A stretch of 64,000 bases of DNA from Escherichia phage vB_Eco_F27: sequence record OP870146.1. One strand, given 5' to 3'. This document shows, in pieces, positions 62,861 to 64,000 of the stretch. The notes beneath the pieces were generated by a model. It saw nothing but the letters and a program-made list of their open reading frames with translations. It had not been told where the DNA came from and made no database searches. Each line of letters begins with the position of its first letter. The stretch's first letter is position 1. The position numbers were made by a program, and so were the translations under genes.

Positions 62861-64000
62861 TATAAACCTGTCTGGGACCACGGTCCAAATACGTCTTCAA
62901 ACGAATCCGCTTCTGTTTTATCAAAACGGAACCCTTTAATAATTGGGAGGAAAATACCTACAGTGCCTTCACGTCCTTTAGAATGAACCCAACCATTGCA
63001 TTCACAATCAGCAATACGTCCAATCAATTTACCTTCACGAGCTTCGGTCATTAATCGTTCACGGTCCAAATCATGTCGCTCATCTAAAGGAATAAGAACC
63101 TTTACACCATCAACTGTTTTATGAGTTGTATCTTTAAACCCTGAACCACAATCGGTTGTAATACGACGACAACGTGATACGAGTTCGACACCACCTAATT
63201 TGTTAGGGTCTTTAGAGTGTTCATAGTATCCTACAACTTCTAAAGCGATATCAATAACTTCTTTAAATTTAATTAGGTTCTTAGAACGTTTGTTTTCCCA
63301 ATATGAATCACGGTTTTTAAGGATAATACCTTCAAGACCTTGGTCAACATATTTTTTATAAACCACTTTAGCTTCGTCAAGATTACGAACTAACTGATTT
63401 TCAATTGGCTCAATTCGTTTAAAGCCTTCAGCCATATTTTCAAGAGCAGCAAAACGAACATCGTATTTCTGACCTTTAATTTTGCCATCAGAATAGACTT
63501 CATCTAAAGGAACATAGTCCCAGGCTTGAAGAACCATACCTTCAGCTTCTTTAGGAGAAATAGTCCCTTGAAGAGATTTATTTGCTAAACCGTTTGAAGT
63601 GCTACGGTCTGCAACTTGTACTTCTTCGGATTCTTCATTATCACCAAATAAGAACGACAGGTCATTTCCTGAGCTCACAGCCTTTTTAATATCGAATGAA
63701 TGATAAACTAATTCACCGTCGATTAAAACCCCATTAGGGTGTCTTTCACGAGCTTCTTTAGTCATTTCCATTAGTTCATCCGCTAATAGGGTAAGACCAT
63801 GGTATTCATTACCAGCACGAGAAAAGAATTGAACACCATCATCGCGAACTTCAGCGAAACAACGAGCACCATCTGCTTTTAATTGAGCAAATGCAGGCCA
63901 TTTAATATTTTTAGTAATCAATTTCTCATCATATGCAGATGCTAACATCTGTGGTTGCAATTGAATAAGTCCAGGCCACACCTTATTCGCGATAGACACT
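62860..64000 (-). CDS. 30: gp30 DNA ligase, C-terminal ~380 codons; 5' end lies beyond the window
   Basis: Contains adenylation motif KADGAR and ...IANKVWPGLI... CECNGW...; matches T4 DNA ligase from about residue 110 onward. Confidence 0.9.
   Translation of the reverse strand, partial: VSIANKVWPGLIQLQPQMLASAYDEKLITKNIKWPAFAQLKADGARCFAEVRDDGVQFFSRAGNEYHGLTLLADELMEMTKEARERHPNGVLIDGELVYHSFDIKKAVSSGNDLSFLFGDNEESEEVQVADRSTSNGLANKSLQGTISPKEAEGMVLQAWDYVPLDEVYSDGKIKGQKYDVRFAALENMAEGFKRIEPIENQLVRNLDEAKVVYKKYVDQGLEGIILKNRDSYWENKRSKNLIKFKEVIDIALEVVGYYEHSKDPNKLGGVELVSRCRRITTDCGSGFKDTTHKTVDGVKVLIPLDERHDLDRERLMTEAREGKLIGRIADCECNGWVHSKGREGTVGIFLPIIKGFRFDKTEADSFEDVFGPWSQTGL

Overview
This window is a T4-like (Tevenvirinae) myovirus genome segment, largely collinear with the phage T4 map. 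Product calls rest on my recall of T4 protein sequences and gene order; no database search was possible. The ORF track counts TTG/GTG as starts, so I trimmed many N-termini to the ATG that has a Shine-Dalgarno sequence. Layout: (1) 1-14200, minus strand: a hyperplastic early region with internal-protein-like genes, a denV remnant, lysozyme e, nudE, many small ORFs, two tRNAs plus a tRNA-like RNA, then 57B, 57A and genes 1, 3, 2, 4. (2) 16248-44811, plus strand: the late structural block 53, 5, 5.1, 5.4, 6-12, wac, 13-20, 67, 68, 21, 22, 23. (3) 44864-64000, mixed strands: a small ORF in the T4 segD position, 24, rnlB, hoc, inh, uvsW, uvsY, 25, 26, 51, 27, 28, 29, 48, 54, alt and the 3' part of DNA ligase gene 30. 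Late promoters (TATAAATA), a family of near-identical early promoters and hairpin terminators sit where expected. The most interesting material is in the accessory region: six genes with capsid-targeting-sequence-like N-termini (candidate injected anti-defence proteins), a family of small membrane proteins sharing an ENFIKECR tail, three tandem paralogs sharing a GxWVxSSxxC tail, a denV remnant, and duplicated promoter-leader cassettes.
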